Part shown: positions 28,970 through 38,146 of the stretch, one piece after another
Position numbering within the stretch: the stretch's first letter is position 1
Layout: each line of letters opens with the position of its first letter
NCBI GenBank assembly: GCA_017936845.1
Contig: JAGBES010000021.1
Span: 1,160 to 65,159, forward strand
Origin: Bacilli bacterium
GTDB taxonomy: Bacteria; Bacillota_I; Bacilli_A; RF39; UBA660
DNA: 64,000 nt
Direction: 5' to 3'
The notes under the pieces: generated by a model
The model's database searches: none
What the model was told of the DNA's origin: nothing
Seen by the model: the letters and a program-made list of their open reading frames with translations, nothing else
Position numbers and translations under genes: made by a program

Positions 28970-30569
28970 TCAGACTGTAGACAAACCCCTAGATTTTTCT
29001 AGAGGTTTTCTTATAAATAAATTTTTTCATTAAAATTTATAATATTTTTTAATATTTTTATGAAATTATATAGAATTGATGATAATGTAAGAGGTTTCTT
29101 TCCTACATTATCATTTTTTATTGCTATATTTTTCATATTTTGGGCAGCACAAATAAGCCATGTATAATGTTGATTTTTTTTAACTCCTTTATACATAGCA
29201 TATCTATATCCATGATTTTGTTTTGAATCTGCAAAACTTCTTTCTACATGTTCTTTTCTTTTTTGATAAAGTTCTTTTCCTTCTTTCGAAAGTCTATTTT
29301 ATCTAAATATCTCATTCCATTCTTCATGTATGTGTCTTCTTACTACTTTTGTTTTATCTATATTTTCATATTTTTTATAACCATTTTTATCTATTAGACC
29401 TTTATATTCTAAAACTTCTCCTGTTTCTTTTTCATAATATACATCTAATTCTTTTACATATTCATATTTATTTTTTTCTTTTCTTGATTCTGGCGTTCCA
29501 TATCTTCTATATCCAAATACTCCAAATATATTATTTTCTATAAAATACTTTTTTATATCTAGAGTTAAATAACCTGAATCGACACCATATTTCTTTATAT
29601 CAAATCCAAATTTATGTTTTATATATTCAGCTCTATCTATAAATGGAGATGAATCATGGACATTTCCTTTTGTAACATAAGCATCTACTATTATATTACA
29701 TTTATCATCTACTGTCCTATGATCTAAATACATAAATCCTTTCTCTTTATTATCTCTATGGTAATATCCACTTTCTTTATCTGTTGTGCTTACTTTAATA
29801 TGTTTTTCTTCTACTTCATCTTTATATTCAAATGGTTTTCTTCCTTGTTTAATTCTTTCTTCATTTATTTCGTTTTCTAACCATTTACGTCTTTCTTTAA
29901 TAATACTTACTATCTCGTCATCATATTTATTTTTATTGGCATTTGCTTTTTTATGAGTTGAATCTGTATAAAATGTTGTTCCATCAACCAAATTATATTT
30001 TATTGCTTGATTTACTATTTCTACAAATATTTCTTCAAATATATCTGAATCTTTAAATCTTCTTTCATAATTTTTACTAAATGTTGAAAAGTGTGGTGTA
30101 TCTTTTCCAAACGGTATTCCTAAAAACCATCTATATTCTGCATCAACTTTTATTTTTTTACACGTTTGTCTCATTGATTTTAATCCATCTAATGCTTGTA
30201 TAAAAACTATCTTAAACAATACTACTGGATCTATGCTTGGTCTTCCATTATTATCACAATATAAGTCTTTTACTTTATCATAAATAAAAGTGAAATCTAT
30301 ATATTTATCTATCTTACGAAATAAACTGTCTTCAGGCACAATTTCTTCCATAGTAGTCATTAAGATTTCACTTTGTATATTTTTATTTATGGTTATCATT
30401 TTATCACTTACTTTCTTTATTTAACCATTTATATTATATCATTTTTTCCATAAAAAAACGAGATAAGTAAGTTCTTTTATCGGTTAAATAAAGATTTTAT
30501 CTCGCAATTTAATTATACAACATATTTATAAAAAAGAAAAGAGTGTTCTTTTACTTTGTCAACACTCTG
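28970..30569 (-). mobile_element. IS1182-family-like insertion sequence (1600 bp)
   Basis: Terminal inverted repeats CAGACTGTAGACAAA (28970-) and CAGAGTGTTGACAAA (reverse complement, ending at 30569), 13/15 identical. A single transposase reading frame. Flanked by 27-bp direct repeats. Confidence 0.8.
29011..30399 (-). pseudogene. IS1182/IS5-type DDE transposase interrupted by one in-frame TAA (29299-29301)
   Basis: The N-terminal part has GRPSIDPVVLFKIVFIQ. After the TAA the same frame continues for 95 codons (..LYQKRKEHVERSFADSKQNHGYRYAMYKG..), which is the conserved C-terminal block that in this family carries the catalytic Glu. Confidence 0.8.
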
Positions 30570-30596
30570 ACAAGAAGTTAATCTATAACTTCTTGT
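30570..30596. repeat. right copy of the 27-bp direct repeat; terminator hairpin overlapping the recA stop
   Basis: Identical to 28943-28969. Followed by T9 on the plus strand. Contains the last six recA codons and the stop. Confidence 0.85.
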
Positions 30597-31600
30597 TTTT
30601 TTTCTGTAGTTGGTGCTATTTCATAATATTCTCTTACCTTTTTATCTATTTCTTCTTTTAATTTATTATTTGATTTTAGTAATTCTTTTACATTTTCTTT
30701 TCCTTGACCTAGTTTTTCTCCATTATAAGCATACCAAGCACCTGATTTTTCTATTATACCTACTTCACTTGATAAATCTACAAGTTCTCCTTCTTTTGAA
30801 ACTCCTTCTCCATACATAATATCTACATTACAACTTTTAAATGGAGGTGCCATTTTATTTTTTACAACTTTGACACTTGTTTTATTTCCAATAACATCAG
30901 CACCATTTTTTATTTGTTCACTTCTTCTTATTTCAAGTCTAACTGATGAATAAAATTTAAGTGCTCTTCCTCCTGGTGTTACCTCTGGATTTCCAAACAT
31001 AACGCCTACTTTTTCTCTTAATTGATTTATGAAAATACATACTGTATTGGTCTTATTTATAACTGGTGACAATTTTCTTAATGCTTGACTCATTAATCTT
31101 GCTTGAAGTCCTACATGAGAATCTCCCATTTCTCCTTCTATTTCTGCTTGTGGAACTAAAGCAGCTACTGAATCTATTACAATTACACTTATAGCTCCAC
31201 TTCTAACTAGAGCTTCACATATTTCTAATGCTTGTTCTCCATTATCTGGTTGTGATAATAGTAAATCATCAATATTAACTCCTATTTTTGATGCATATGT
31301 AGGATCTAGAGCATGTTCTGCATCTATAAATGCTGCTCTTCCTCCTAATTTTTGAGCTTCTGCAATTGCATGTAATGCAAATGTTGTTTTTCCACTTGAT
31401 TCAGGACCATATATTTCTATAATTCTTCCTTTAGGAAAACCTCCTATTCCTAATGCTATATCTAATGATAATGATCCTGTAGGAATTACATCTATATTTT
31501 TATGTTCATGATCTCCTAATTTCATCACTGAACCTTTTCCAAATTGTTTTTCTATATCAGCTAAAACTTGATCTAGAGTCTTATCTGCTGTTTTTGCCAT
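30578..31600 (-). CDS. recA: recombinase RecA
   Basis: [28 protein letters not shown]-type motifs. 340 aa. Confidence 0.95.
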   Translation of the reverse strand: MAKTADKTLDQVLADIEKQFGKGSVMKLGDHEHKNIDVIPTGSLSLDIALGIGGFPKGRIIEIYGPESSGKTTFALHAIAEAQKLGGRAAFIDAEHALDPTYASKIGVNIDDLLLSQPDNGEQALEICEALVRSGAISVIVIDSVAALVPQAEIEGEMGDSHVGLQARLMSQALRKLSPVINKTNTVCIFINQLREKVGVMFGNPEVTPGGRALKFYSSVRLEIRRSEQIKNGADVIGNKTSVKVVKNKMAPPFKSCNVDIMYGEGVSKEGELVDLSSEVGIIEKSGAWYAYNGEKLGQGKENVKELLKSNNKLKEEIDKKVREYYEIAPTTEKKQEVID

Positions 31601-31630
31601 TTATATTCCTCCTCTATTAAATACAACTTA

Positions 31631-31659
31631 ATTATATAATATTAAAATCTATCTGTCAA
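31631..31659 (-). promoter_or_regulatory. sigma-A type promoter of recA
   Basis: Minus strand reads TTGACA (31659-31654), N17, TATAAT (31636-31631). Confidence 0.55.
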
Positions 31660-31668
31660 TACTTTTTA

Positions 31669-31682
31669 CGAACATTTGTTTT
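31669..31682 (-). promoter_or_regulatory. candidate LexA (Cheo/SOS) box
   Basis: CGAACATTTGTTTT versus the Firmicute consensus CGAACRNRYGTTYC. Lies just upstream of the -35. One half-site is degenerate. Confidence 0.4.
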
Positions 31683-31753
31683 ATTATTTTTGCTGGTAAT
31701 TTTTTACAGAAATAAAAAAAATTCTAAGCAAATTTAGAATTTTTGTATAATAT

Positions 31754-32371
31754 TTATTCAATTTCTATTTTTTCAACTTTTTCATCAAAGATAAATTTCT
31801 TATTCATATTATAGTATTCAATACCTGAAATAACTGATAATACGCATGCTACTATAAGAAGAGCATCTGAAACTCTTAAATTAAATAATTCAAATGGTAA
31901 ATTATAGAATAGTGTTAAAACAATTCCTACCATTAAACATGCTGTTTTTAATTTTCCCATTTTTATAGCTGCTACTACATTTCCTTTACTTCCTGCTATC
32001 ATTTTAATTGAATTTACAACACTATCGCGACAAACAATAATAACTGGAATAATTGGCGATATAAATCCTTTAGCTGCTAATATTATTAAAATTGGATTTA
32101 CTAATATTTTATCTGCTATAGCATCTATCATTTTTCCAAAGTCAGTAACTAAATTATACTTTCTGGCTATATGTCCATCTAAAAAATCAGTAAGTGATGC
32201 TATTATAAATAATACACCAGATATTAAATATGTTACATCTACGACAATTGATTCATTTATAAATAACTGTGGAACATTAATTCCAGCTGCATCAAATGGA
32301 AATAATAACAATATAATAATTATTATTGTAAGTACTATTCTACTTAAAGTTATTTTATTTGGTAAATTCAT
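31754..32371 (-). CDS. pgsA: CDP-diacylglycerol--glycerol-3-phosphate 3-phosphatidyltransferase
   Basis: CDP-alcohol phosphatidyltransferase motif DFLDGHIARKYNLVTDFGKMIDAIADK. Confidence 0.9.
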   Translation of the reverse strand: MNLPNKITLSRIVLTIIIIILLLFPFDAAGINVPQLFINESIVVDVTYLISGVLFIIASLTDFLDGHIARKYNLVTDFGKMIDAIADKILVNPILIILAAKGFISPIIPVIIVCRDSVVNSIKMIAGSKGNVVAAIKMGKLKTACLMVGIVLTLFYNLPFELFNLRVSDALLIVACVLSVISGIEYYNMNKKFIFDEKVEKIEIE

Positions 32372-32381
32372 TTTATCTCTC

Positions 32382-32870
32382 CTATTTTATTATATTTTCT
32401 GTTGTATTTTCTTTTGGACTATTATTATCTAAACCTTTTATTACAAAGCAACAACCTACAACCAATATAAGCACTATTAATATATATATTATAATAGGTG
32501 AAATTTTTAACTTATTTTGTTTTTCGTATGTATAAGGTGAAACAACTTTTCTTTCTTCTTTTTTCTCATTATTTAAAACTTGTTTTTTTGCTTTTTTTAT
32601 ATCATCTAATGATATTTTAGAAGTATAGTCAAATAAAAATTCATTAAATTCATCTATCATATCTTCATAATCTAATCCTAAATACTTTGAATAATCACGT
32701 ATAAAGTATTTTAAGTAGAAAACATCTTGAAATGCATCTTTATTTCCTGCTTCTATATTTTCTATTTGTGAAGGTTTTAGTTTTAAGTCATTGGCTGCTT
32801 CTTCTATAGTAATACCAATACTTTCTCTAGCTTCTTTTAAAGCTTCACCAATTTCTTTCAACAATAACAC
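32382..32870 (-). CDS. RodZ-like HTH membrane protein
   Basis: N-terminal XRE-type HTH, one TM near the C-terminus, and a position directly upstream of pgsA as for ymfM/rodZ in Bacillus. Non-ATG start (GTG/TTG). Confidence 0.55.
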   Translation of the reverse strand: MLLLKEIGEALKEARESIGITIEEAANDLKLKPSQIENIEAGNKDAFQDVFYLKYFIRDYSKYLGLDYEDMIDEFNEFLFDYTSKISLDDIKKAKKQVLNNEKKEERKVVSPYTYEKQNKLKISPIIIYILIVLILVVGCCFVIKGLDNNSPKENTTENIIK

Positions 32871-32891
32871 CTACTTTCTAAATAAAAAAAA

Positions 32892-33247
32892 TTAATATTT
32901 TATAAGCCATGTTCTGTTCCTATTTCTAGGCGACAAACATTTATCTACCTGTTTCCAGGTCCCTTAAAAGATTCTTATTCTCTTTTAATAGGCTCCCCTA
33001 CCAAAATTTGGGTTTCTCGCTCGTGGGGTTTACCGCGTTCCATTTCCTCCGTTTCCAGATTCTTCGTCACTATGGCACTTTTATATTTACTTTAACCATA
33101 TTATAAAACTTAGGTTATTTCAAAGCCGTTAAGTTTCCTTACCATAGGTTATTTTTTCCCTATGCACGAACACTATAGTCATCACAGACTATGCGAGCAT
33201 GGACTTTCCTCTATATTACAAGAATACAGCGTTTGTCAAAATATTAA
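32892..33247 (-). ncRNA. rnpB: RNase P RNA, bacterial class B
   Basis: Minus strand contains GAGGAAAGTCCATGCTCGCA (P4 5' side), GTGCCATAGTGACGAAG, GGAACGCGGTAAACCCCACGAGCGAGAAACCCAAATTTTGGTAGGGGA and ACAGAACATGGCTTA (P4 3' side). P1 is formed by TTAATATTTT / AAAATATTAA. A GC-rich island with no ORF. Confidence 0.9.
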
Positions 33248-33567
33248 TCATCACCATATATAATTTTTTCTAGATTTGATAATCTTCTAAGTAAATCAAC
33301 ATTGCTAATATCATTATTAGATCCTTCTTTTATTACATCTAATTTTGTTTTCAATGTTCTTATTTCTTGTTTTAATCTAATATTATCTTCTAATAATTCT
33401 TTTTTATCATTTTCAAGTTCTTTAATAATTGATACAAATTCTTCATAATCTCTTATAATAACATCTAAATATTTATCTACTTCTTGTGGTCTGTAACCTC
33501 TAGTATCTATTTTAAACTCTTTTTCTAAGATATCTTTTCCTGTCAAAAGTATTCTTTCTTGGTACAC
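33244..33567 (-). CDS. gpsB: cell-cycle protein GpsB (DivIVA-domain)
   Basis: FKIDTRGYRPQEVDKYLD DivIVA N-domain plus a C-terminal coiled coil. Adjacent to rnpB as in Bacillus. Confidence 0.8.
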   Translation of the reverse strand: MYQERILLTGKDILEKEFKIDTRGYRPQEVDKYLDVIIRDYEEFVSIIKELENDKKELLEDNIRLKQEIRTLKTKLDVIKEGSNNDISNVDLLRRLSNLEKIIYGDD

Positions 33568-33662
33568 TTATCCCACCTCTTTTTCCTATTAACATTTTAT
33601 AAAATATTTACCCATTTGTCAATTTCTTTTAATATTATATTAAAAAAAGATTAAAGAATTCT

Positions 33663-35006
33663 TTAATCTTTAACTATTTTAATTTTTACTTTTTTAGTTT
33701 TTGATACATAAGATGCCTTGACTTCTATACCTTCTACATTTACTGGTACTTCATATTCACCTTCTGTATAACCACTTAAATCAATATATGCACTTATATC
33801 TGATTCATTAATATTTTTAATAACATTTTCTACACCTTTTACTGTTACTGTTACTTTTGTTGAATTTTCATCTACTCCTTGTACACTGTAACCATCTGCT
33901 AGATTTTTTGATTCAATATCTATATCTTTGAAATCTTTATTTGTCACTGAATCTAATGTTATTTTTACTGTTATATTATTTATTGATAATGATCTTGTAC
34001 CAACTGGTTTATTTAATTCTAATTTATATTCTTTGTTTTCTTTTAAATCTGTGACATCTACGTTTACTGGGATATATGTTATATCTTTTAATGCATCTTG
34101 ATCACCATATACTGTTACTTTTGTTTCACTTTGACTTATTGAACTTATTGCTTTTCCAAAACTTACTTCTCCTTCTGGTATTATTTTTATAGGAACTTCT
34201 TTATTTGGAGAAGATATTTTTAAGTCAACATCTATCTTAGCTGGAACTATTTCAACATCTACTACATCTCCTGATTTATTATAAGCCTTTAGTGGAACAT
34301 CTTTTACTGTTAAGTTACCACTTTTTTGTTCAGATAATTCATCTATATCTAATATAGCTTTTACAGATGCTACTTCATTTAATTGATGTTCTGCTCCTTT
34401 TATAACTACTTTATCAGTTTCATAATTTATATCGTCTATTGTTAGTTTTTGATCTAATTTATCTTGATTAATTAAATCTACGGATAAAGTCATTGTTTTT
34501 GATACTTTTTGATATATAATTACAGTTACAGTTGATGGATTAACCATGTAGTCTATCTTTCCTACATTTTGATTATAGTTTATATTTACTTTATGTGTTC
34601 CTGGTTTTAAACCACTTAAATCTACTGTAACATCATGCGATGATGATTGTTTTGCTATATAAAGATCTGTTTTACTTCCTATTAATGTTACATCTACCGT
34701 TTCTGGTAGTCCTTCTACAACATATGCTTCTTCATTATAAATTGATTTTACTACTTGTTCTTTTAATACTTCTGCTGTATTATCATTAAATACTATTATT
34801 TTTTGATCTATTATTATGAATGTTACAATTGCTAAAAATAGTGAAATAAATAATAATGTATTGCTCGTCGATAACCAATTTTCTATTTTTTTACTTGAAT
34901 TTTCAAATCTTGATGTAATTCTATATATTAATTTTGTTATTGGAAAAATAATAATTTTATCTATTACTTTCCAAATATTTAGAAAGAATTTTTTAATTAT
35001 TTTCAT
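33663..35006 (-). CDS. cdaR: CdaR (YbbR-domain regulator of diadenylate cyclase)
   Basis: N-terminal TM followed by four beta-rich YbbR-like repeats. Overlaps cdaA. Start chosen at ATG 35006 (GAAGGAG RBS). Confidence 0.8.
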   Translation of the reverse strand: MKIIKKFFLNIWKVIDKIIIFPITKLIYRITSRFENSSKKIENWLSTSNTLLFISLFLAIVTFIIIDQKIIVFNDNTAEVLKEQVVKSIYNEEAYVVEGLPETVDVTLIGSKTDLYIAKQSSSHDVTVDLSGLKPGTHKVNINYNQNVGKIDYMVNPSTVTVIIYQKVSKTMTLSVDLINQDKLDQKLTIDDINYETDKVVIKGAEHQLNEVASVKAILDIDELSEQKSGNLTVKDVPLKAYNKSGDVVDVEIVPAKIDVDLKISSPNKEVPIKIIPEGEVSFGKAISSISQSETKVTVYGDQDALKDITYIPVNVDVTDLKENKEYKLELNKPVGTRSLSINNITVKITLDSVTNKDFKDIDIESKNLADGYSVQGVDENSTKVTVTVKGVENVIKNINESDISAYIDLSGYTEGEYEVPVNVEGIEVKASYVSKTKKVKIKIVKD

Positions 35007-35814
35007 CTGATGCATCTCCTTCATCTTGATCTTCCATCAATATTGATTTTTTTGGTCTTAATTCTTCAAGTAAAATTAGTTTTATATCATCTATTGTTAA
35101 ATTATAATTTAATTCTCCATTCATAGCCACAGAAAGTCTTCCTGTTTCTTCTGATACAACTAAAGCAATACAATCCCCTGTTTCAGAAATTCCAAGAGCA
35201 GCTCTATGTCTTGTTCCAAGTCGTTTACTAATTTTCATATTATCACTTGTTGGAAATACAGCTCCAGCACTTGTTATTTTATCCCCCTGTATTATTACTC
35301 CACCATCATGAAGTGGATTATTTGGGAAAAATATTGATATTAGTAAATCTGATGAGATATCTGCATATATTTTTTTTGACTTTTCAATATAATCATTTAG
35401 ACTATTATCTCTTTCTAATACTATAAGTGCCCCTATTCTAGATTTTTTTAAATAATCCATAGCATTAGTTATTTCATATACTACTCTTTCTCTTTCATCT
35501 ACTGTAAGTATTTTATGTCTTCCAAGCAATTGACTTCTTCCTAAGTATTCTAATACATTTCTTATTTCAGGTTGGAATATTACTATGAGTGCTAATGGTC
35601 CCCATGTTATAATATAATCTAAAATATAACCTATTGTAACTAAATTTAACCAATCACTTATTACTTTTAGTCCTATTATTATAAGTATTCCTTTAAATAG
35701 TAATACCATTTTTACATTTCTTCTTAAGTTTTTTAATATATAGTAAAAAGCTCCCCACACTAACAAAACATCTAATAGTTTTGTTATAAAACTAATTATA
35801 CTATCAAATGTCAT
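34993..35814 (-). CDS. cdaA: diadenylate cyclase CdaA
   Basis: Three TM helices plus a DAC domain with HDGGVII and GTRHRAALG. Confidence 0.9.
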   Translation of the reverse strand: MTFDSIISFITKLLDVLLVWGAFYYILKNLRRNVKMVLLFKGILIIIGLKVISDWLNLVTIGYILDYIITWGPLALIVIFQPEIRNVLEYLGRSQLLGRHKILTVDERERVVYEITNAMDYLKKSRIGALIVLERDNSLNDYIEKSKKIYADISSDLLISIFFPNNPLHDGGVIIQGDKITSAGAVFPTSDNMKISKRLGTRHRAALGISETGDCIALVVSEETGRLSVAMNGELNYNLTIDDIKLILLEELRPKKSILMEDQDEGDASDENN

Positions 35815-35910
35815 ATGCGCCCTCCTTTATCTTACTAATAAATTATATCATAATAATTTTATAAATAAAATAATTTTCAAAAATTTTAAAAAAAATACCC
35901 AAAACGGGTA

Positions 35911-36402
35911 TTATATTAAATTAGATAAAAATGGTAATAGAATTATAACAATAATCATTAAAATAGCTAAAAATATAATAAATTTTATATTGGCATTATC
36001 ATCTTTATCAAGATTAGGTTTCTCATTACTTATATAACCATATTTAGGTTTTTCCTCTTCTATTTTTTCATCCAAATTAACTTCTATTTTATCATCTGAA
36101 ATAGTATTTTCTTGCTCATTAGTAATTGGAGTTCCAAAAATATTATCTGCTTGTACACTAGACATTTCATTTACTATACCTGATTTATTCATATCTTGAA
36201 CTGGTTGTTGATTTTGATCCATATCAATATTTGTTGTTTGATAATTATTCATATCTTGATTTTGATAATCATTCATATATTGATTATTATTTGTACTTGT
36301 TTGATAATCATTAATATTGGGATTTATGTTATTCTGATTTTGATAATTATTAAAATCTATTACATTCATATTATCATTATTATCAAAATTATTATTTTCC
36401 AT
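35911..36402 (-). CDS. Asn/Gln-rich tail-anchored protein
   Basis: N/Q/D/Y low-complexity N-terminal half (repeated N(D/N)YQ) and a single C-terminal TM (FIIFLAILMIIVIILLPFL). Confidence 0.45.
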   Translation of the reverse strand: MENNNFDNNDNMNVIDFNNYQNQNNINPNINDYQTSTNNNQYMNDYQNQDMNNYQTTNIDMDQNQQPVQDMNKSGIVNEMSSVQADNIFGTPITNEQENTISDDKIEVNLDEKIEEEKPKYGYISNEKPNLDKDDNANIKFIIFLAILMIIVIILLPFLSNLI

Positions 36403-36463
36403 ATTATCAACCTCTCTATTCTATTAATAGTATAACAAATTTTTTTTAATTTTTAAAGCTTTT

Positions 36464-38146
36464 TTATTCAAATTGTTTATTATATAGTTCATAATACTTA
36501 TTTTTATTCTTAATTAGTTTATTATGATTACCTATTTCTATTATTTTTCCTTTTTCTATTACTATTATTTTATCTGCATTTTTTATTGTTGAAAGTCTAT
36601 GAGCAATTATGATTGATGTTTTATTTTTTAATAATTCTTGTAGTCCTTGATAAATATATTTTTCTGTTTTTAGATCTACATCACTTGTTGCTTCATCTAA
36701 TATTACTATTTTAGGATTTTTTACAATACATCTTATAATTGATATCAATTGTTTTTCCCCATTTGATATATTTGATGCATCATAGTCTATTACTGTATTA
36801 TATCCATTTTCTAACTTTTCTATAAATCTATTAGCACCTATTTTTTTACATATTTCTATTACTTTTTCATCACTTATTTTGTTTCCATATTTTATGTTTT
36901 CCATTATTGTTCCATTAAATAAATAGTTTTCTTGTAATACTATTCCAATGTTTTCTCTTAATGATTTTATATCTATATCGTTTATATCTATATTATCAAT
37001 TAATATTTTACCACTATTTATTTTATAAAATTTTAAAAGTAAACTTGCTATAGTTGTTTTTCCACTTCCTGTTTGTCCTATAATAGCTATTTTTTCTTTT
37101 GCTTTTATTTCAAAATCTATATTTTTTAATATATATTTTTTATCATATTTAAATTTTACATTTTTAAACACAATATTTTTTTTAAAATCTAGTTTTTTAT
37201 TATTTTTATTTTTTTCTATTTTGTAATCAATTATTTCAAATATTCTATTTGATCCTGCTATAGCTTCTCCTATAGTACTTGAAAGTGATGCTACTTCTGT
37301 TATGGGTTCTCTAAACATTGATGCATATGATAAAAAAGCTATTATACTTCCAATTTCTATTTTTCCCTTTACTACTAGAATAGAACCTACACCTATTATT
37401 AAAATATTACTTAAATTATTTAATATTATGTTTATTGGTAATAACAAATACGAATACATATTTGAATTAATTGATATTTTTTTATATTTTTCATTTATTT
37501 TATCAAATTTTCTTATAAAATATTTTTCTTTATTTATTGTTTTTATAGTTTTTAGATTACTTACTATTTCTTCTGTTTCTGATGTAAGTTCTCCTAATGT
37601 ATTTTGACTTTCCATAAAATAATCATTTATTTTTTTACTCATTTTACTTATAATGATAAAAAATAAAGGTACTGTTATAATTACTATGGATGACAATATA
37701 AAATTCATATAAAACATCATTATTGTTACACCTATAAATGTAATTATACTTGCTATTATTGTTATAATTACTTCACTTAAACAATCATTTATTTTATCTA
37801 TATCATTTGTTAATATACTCATTATATTACCTTTATCATTTTTATCAAAATATGTTAATGGTAATTGTTCTAATTTATTAAATACTTCTTTTCTTAGTTC
37901 ATATAAAATGTTTTGACTTTTTATTATTACTATATTATTTGTTATTATACTTATAATTAATTTCATAATATAAAATATTAATAATACTATTAATAAGTTT
38001 ATTATATTTTTATTTATATTATCTATTGCTTTACCTATAATGTATGGTGTTATTACTCCTATTAATGTTGATATTATTGTAAGTATTATTAGAGTTATTA
38101 TTGTATTTTTTTTCATGTATGAAAATATTCTTTTTAAATTATTCAT
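36464..38146 (-). CDS. ABC exporter half-transporter (TMD-NBD), consensus NBD with degenerate signature
   Basis: Walker A GQTGSGKTT, Walker B VILDEATS, H-loop IIIAHR, signature ISNGE instead of LSGGQ. Confidence 0.85.
   Translation of the reverse strand: MNNLKRIFSYMKKNTIITLIILTIISTLIGVITPYIIGKAIDNINKNIINLLIVLLIFYIMKLIISIITNNIVIIKSQNILYELRKEVFNKLEQLPLTYFDKNDKGNIMSILTNDIDKINDCLSEVIITIIASIITFIGVTIMMFYMNFILSSIVIITVPLFFIIISKMSKKINDYFMESQNTLGELTSETEEIVSNLKTIKTINKEKYFIRKFDKINEKYKKISINSNMYSYLLLPINIILNNLSNILIIGVGSILVVKGKIEIGSIIAFLSYASMFREPITEVASLSSTIGEAIAGSNRIFEIIDYKIEKNKNNKKLDFKKNIVFKNVKFKYDKKYILKNIDFEIKAKEKIAIIGQTGSGKTTIASLLLKFYKINSGKILIDNIDINDIDIKSLRENIGIVLQENYLFNGTIMENIKYGNKISDEKVIEICKKIGANRFIEKLENGYNTVIDYDASNISNGEKQLISIIRCIVKNPKIVILDEATSDVDLKTEKYIYQGLQELLKNKTSIIIAHRLSTIKNADKIIVIEKGKIIEIGNHNKLIKNKNKYYELYNKQFE

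Noticed and set aside
29299-29301. The in-frame TAA in the transposase as a sign of stop-codon reassignment or an alternative genetic code.
   Set aside because: TAA terminates most other genes in the window at positions matching the expected protein ends (for example recA, tyrS, infB), and Trp is encoded by TGG throughout. A point mutation in one IS copy is the simpler explanation.
31600-31754. The absence of cinA between pgsA and recA, and the short gap there, considered as a sign of rearrangement.
   Set aside because: The gap holds a clean promoter and an SOS-box-like site for recA. Loss of cinA from this cluster is common and is not evidence of anything unusual.
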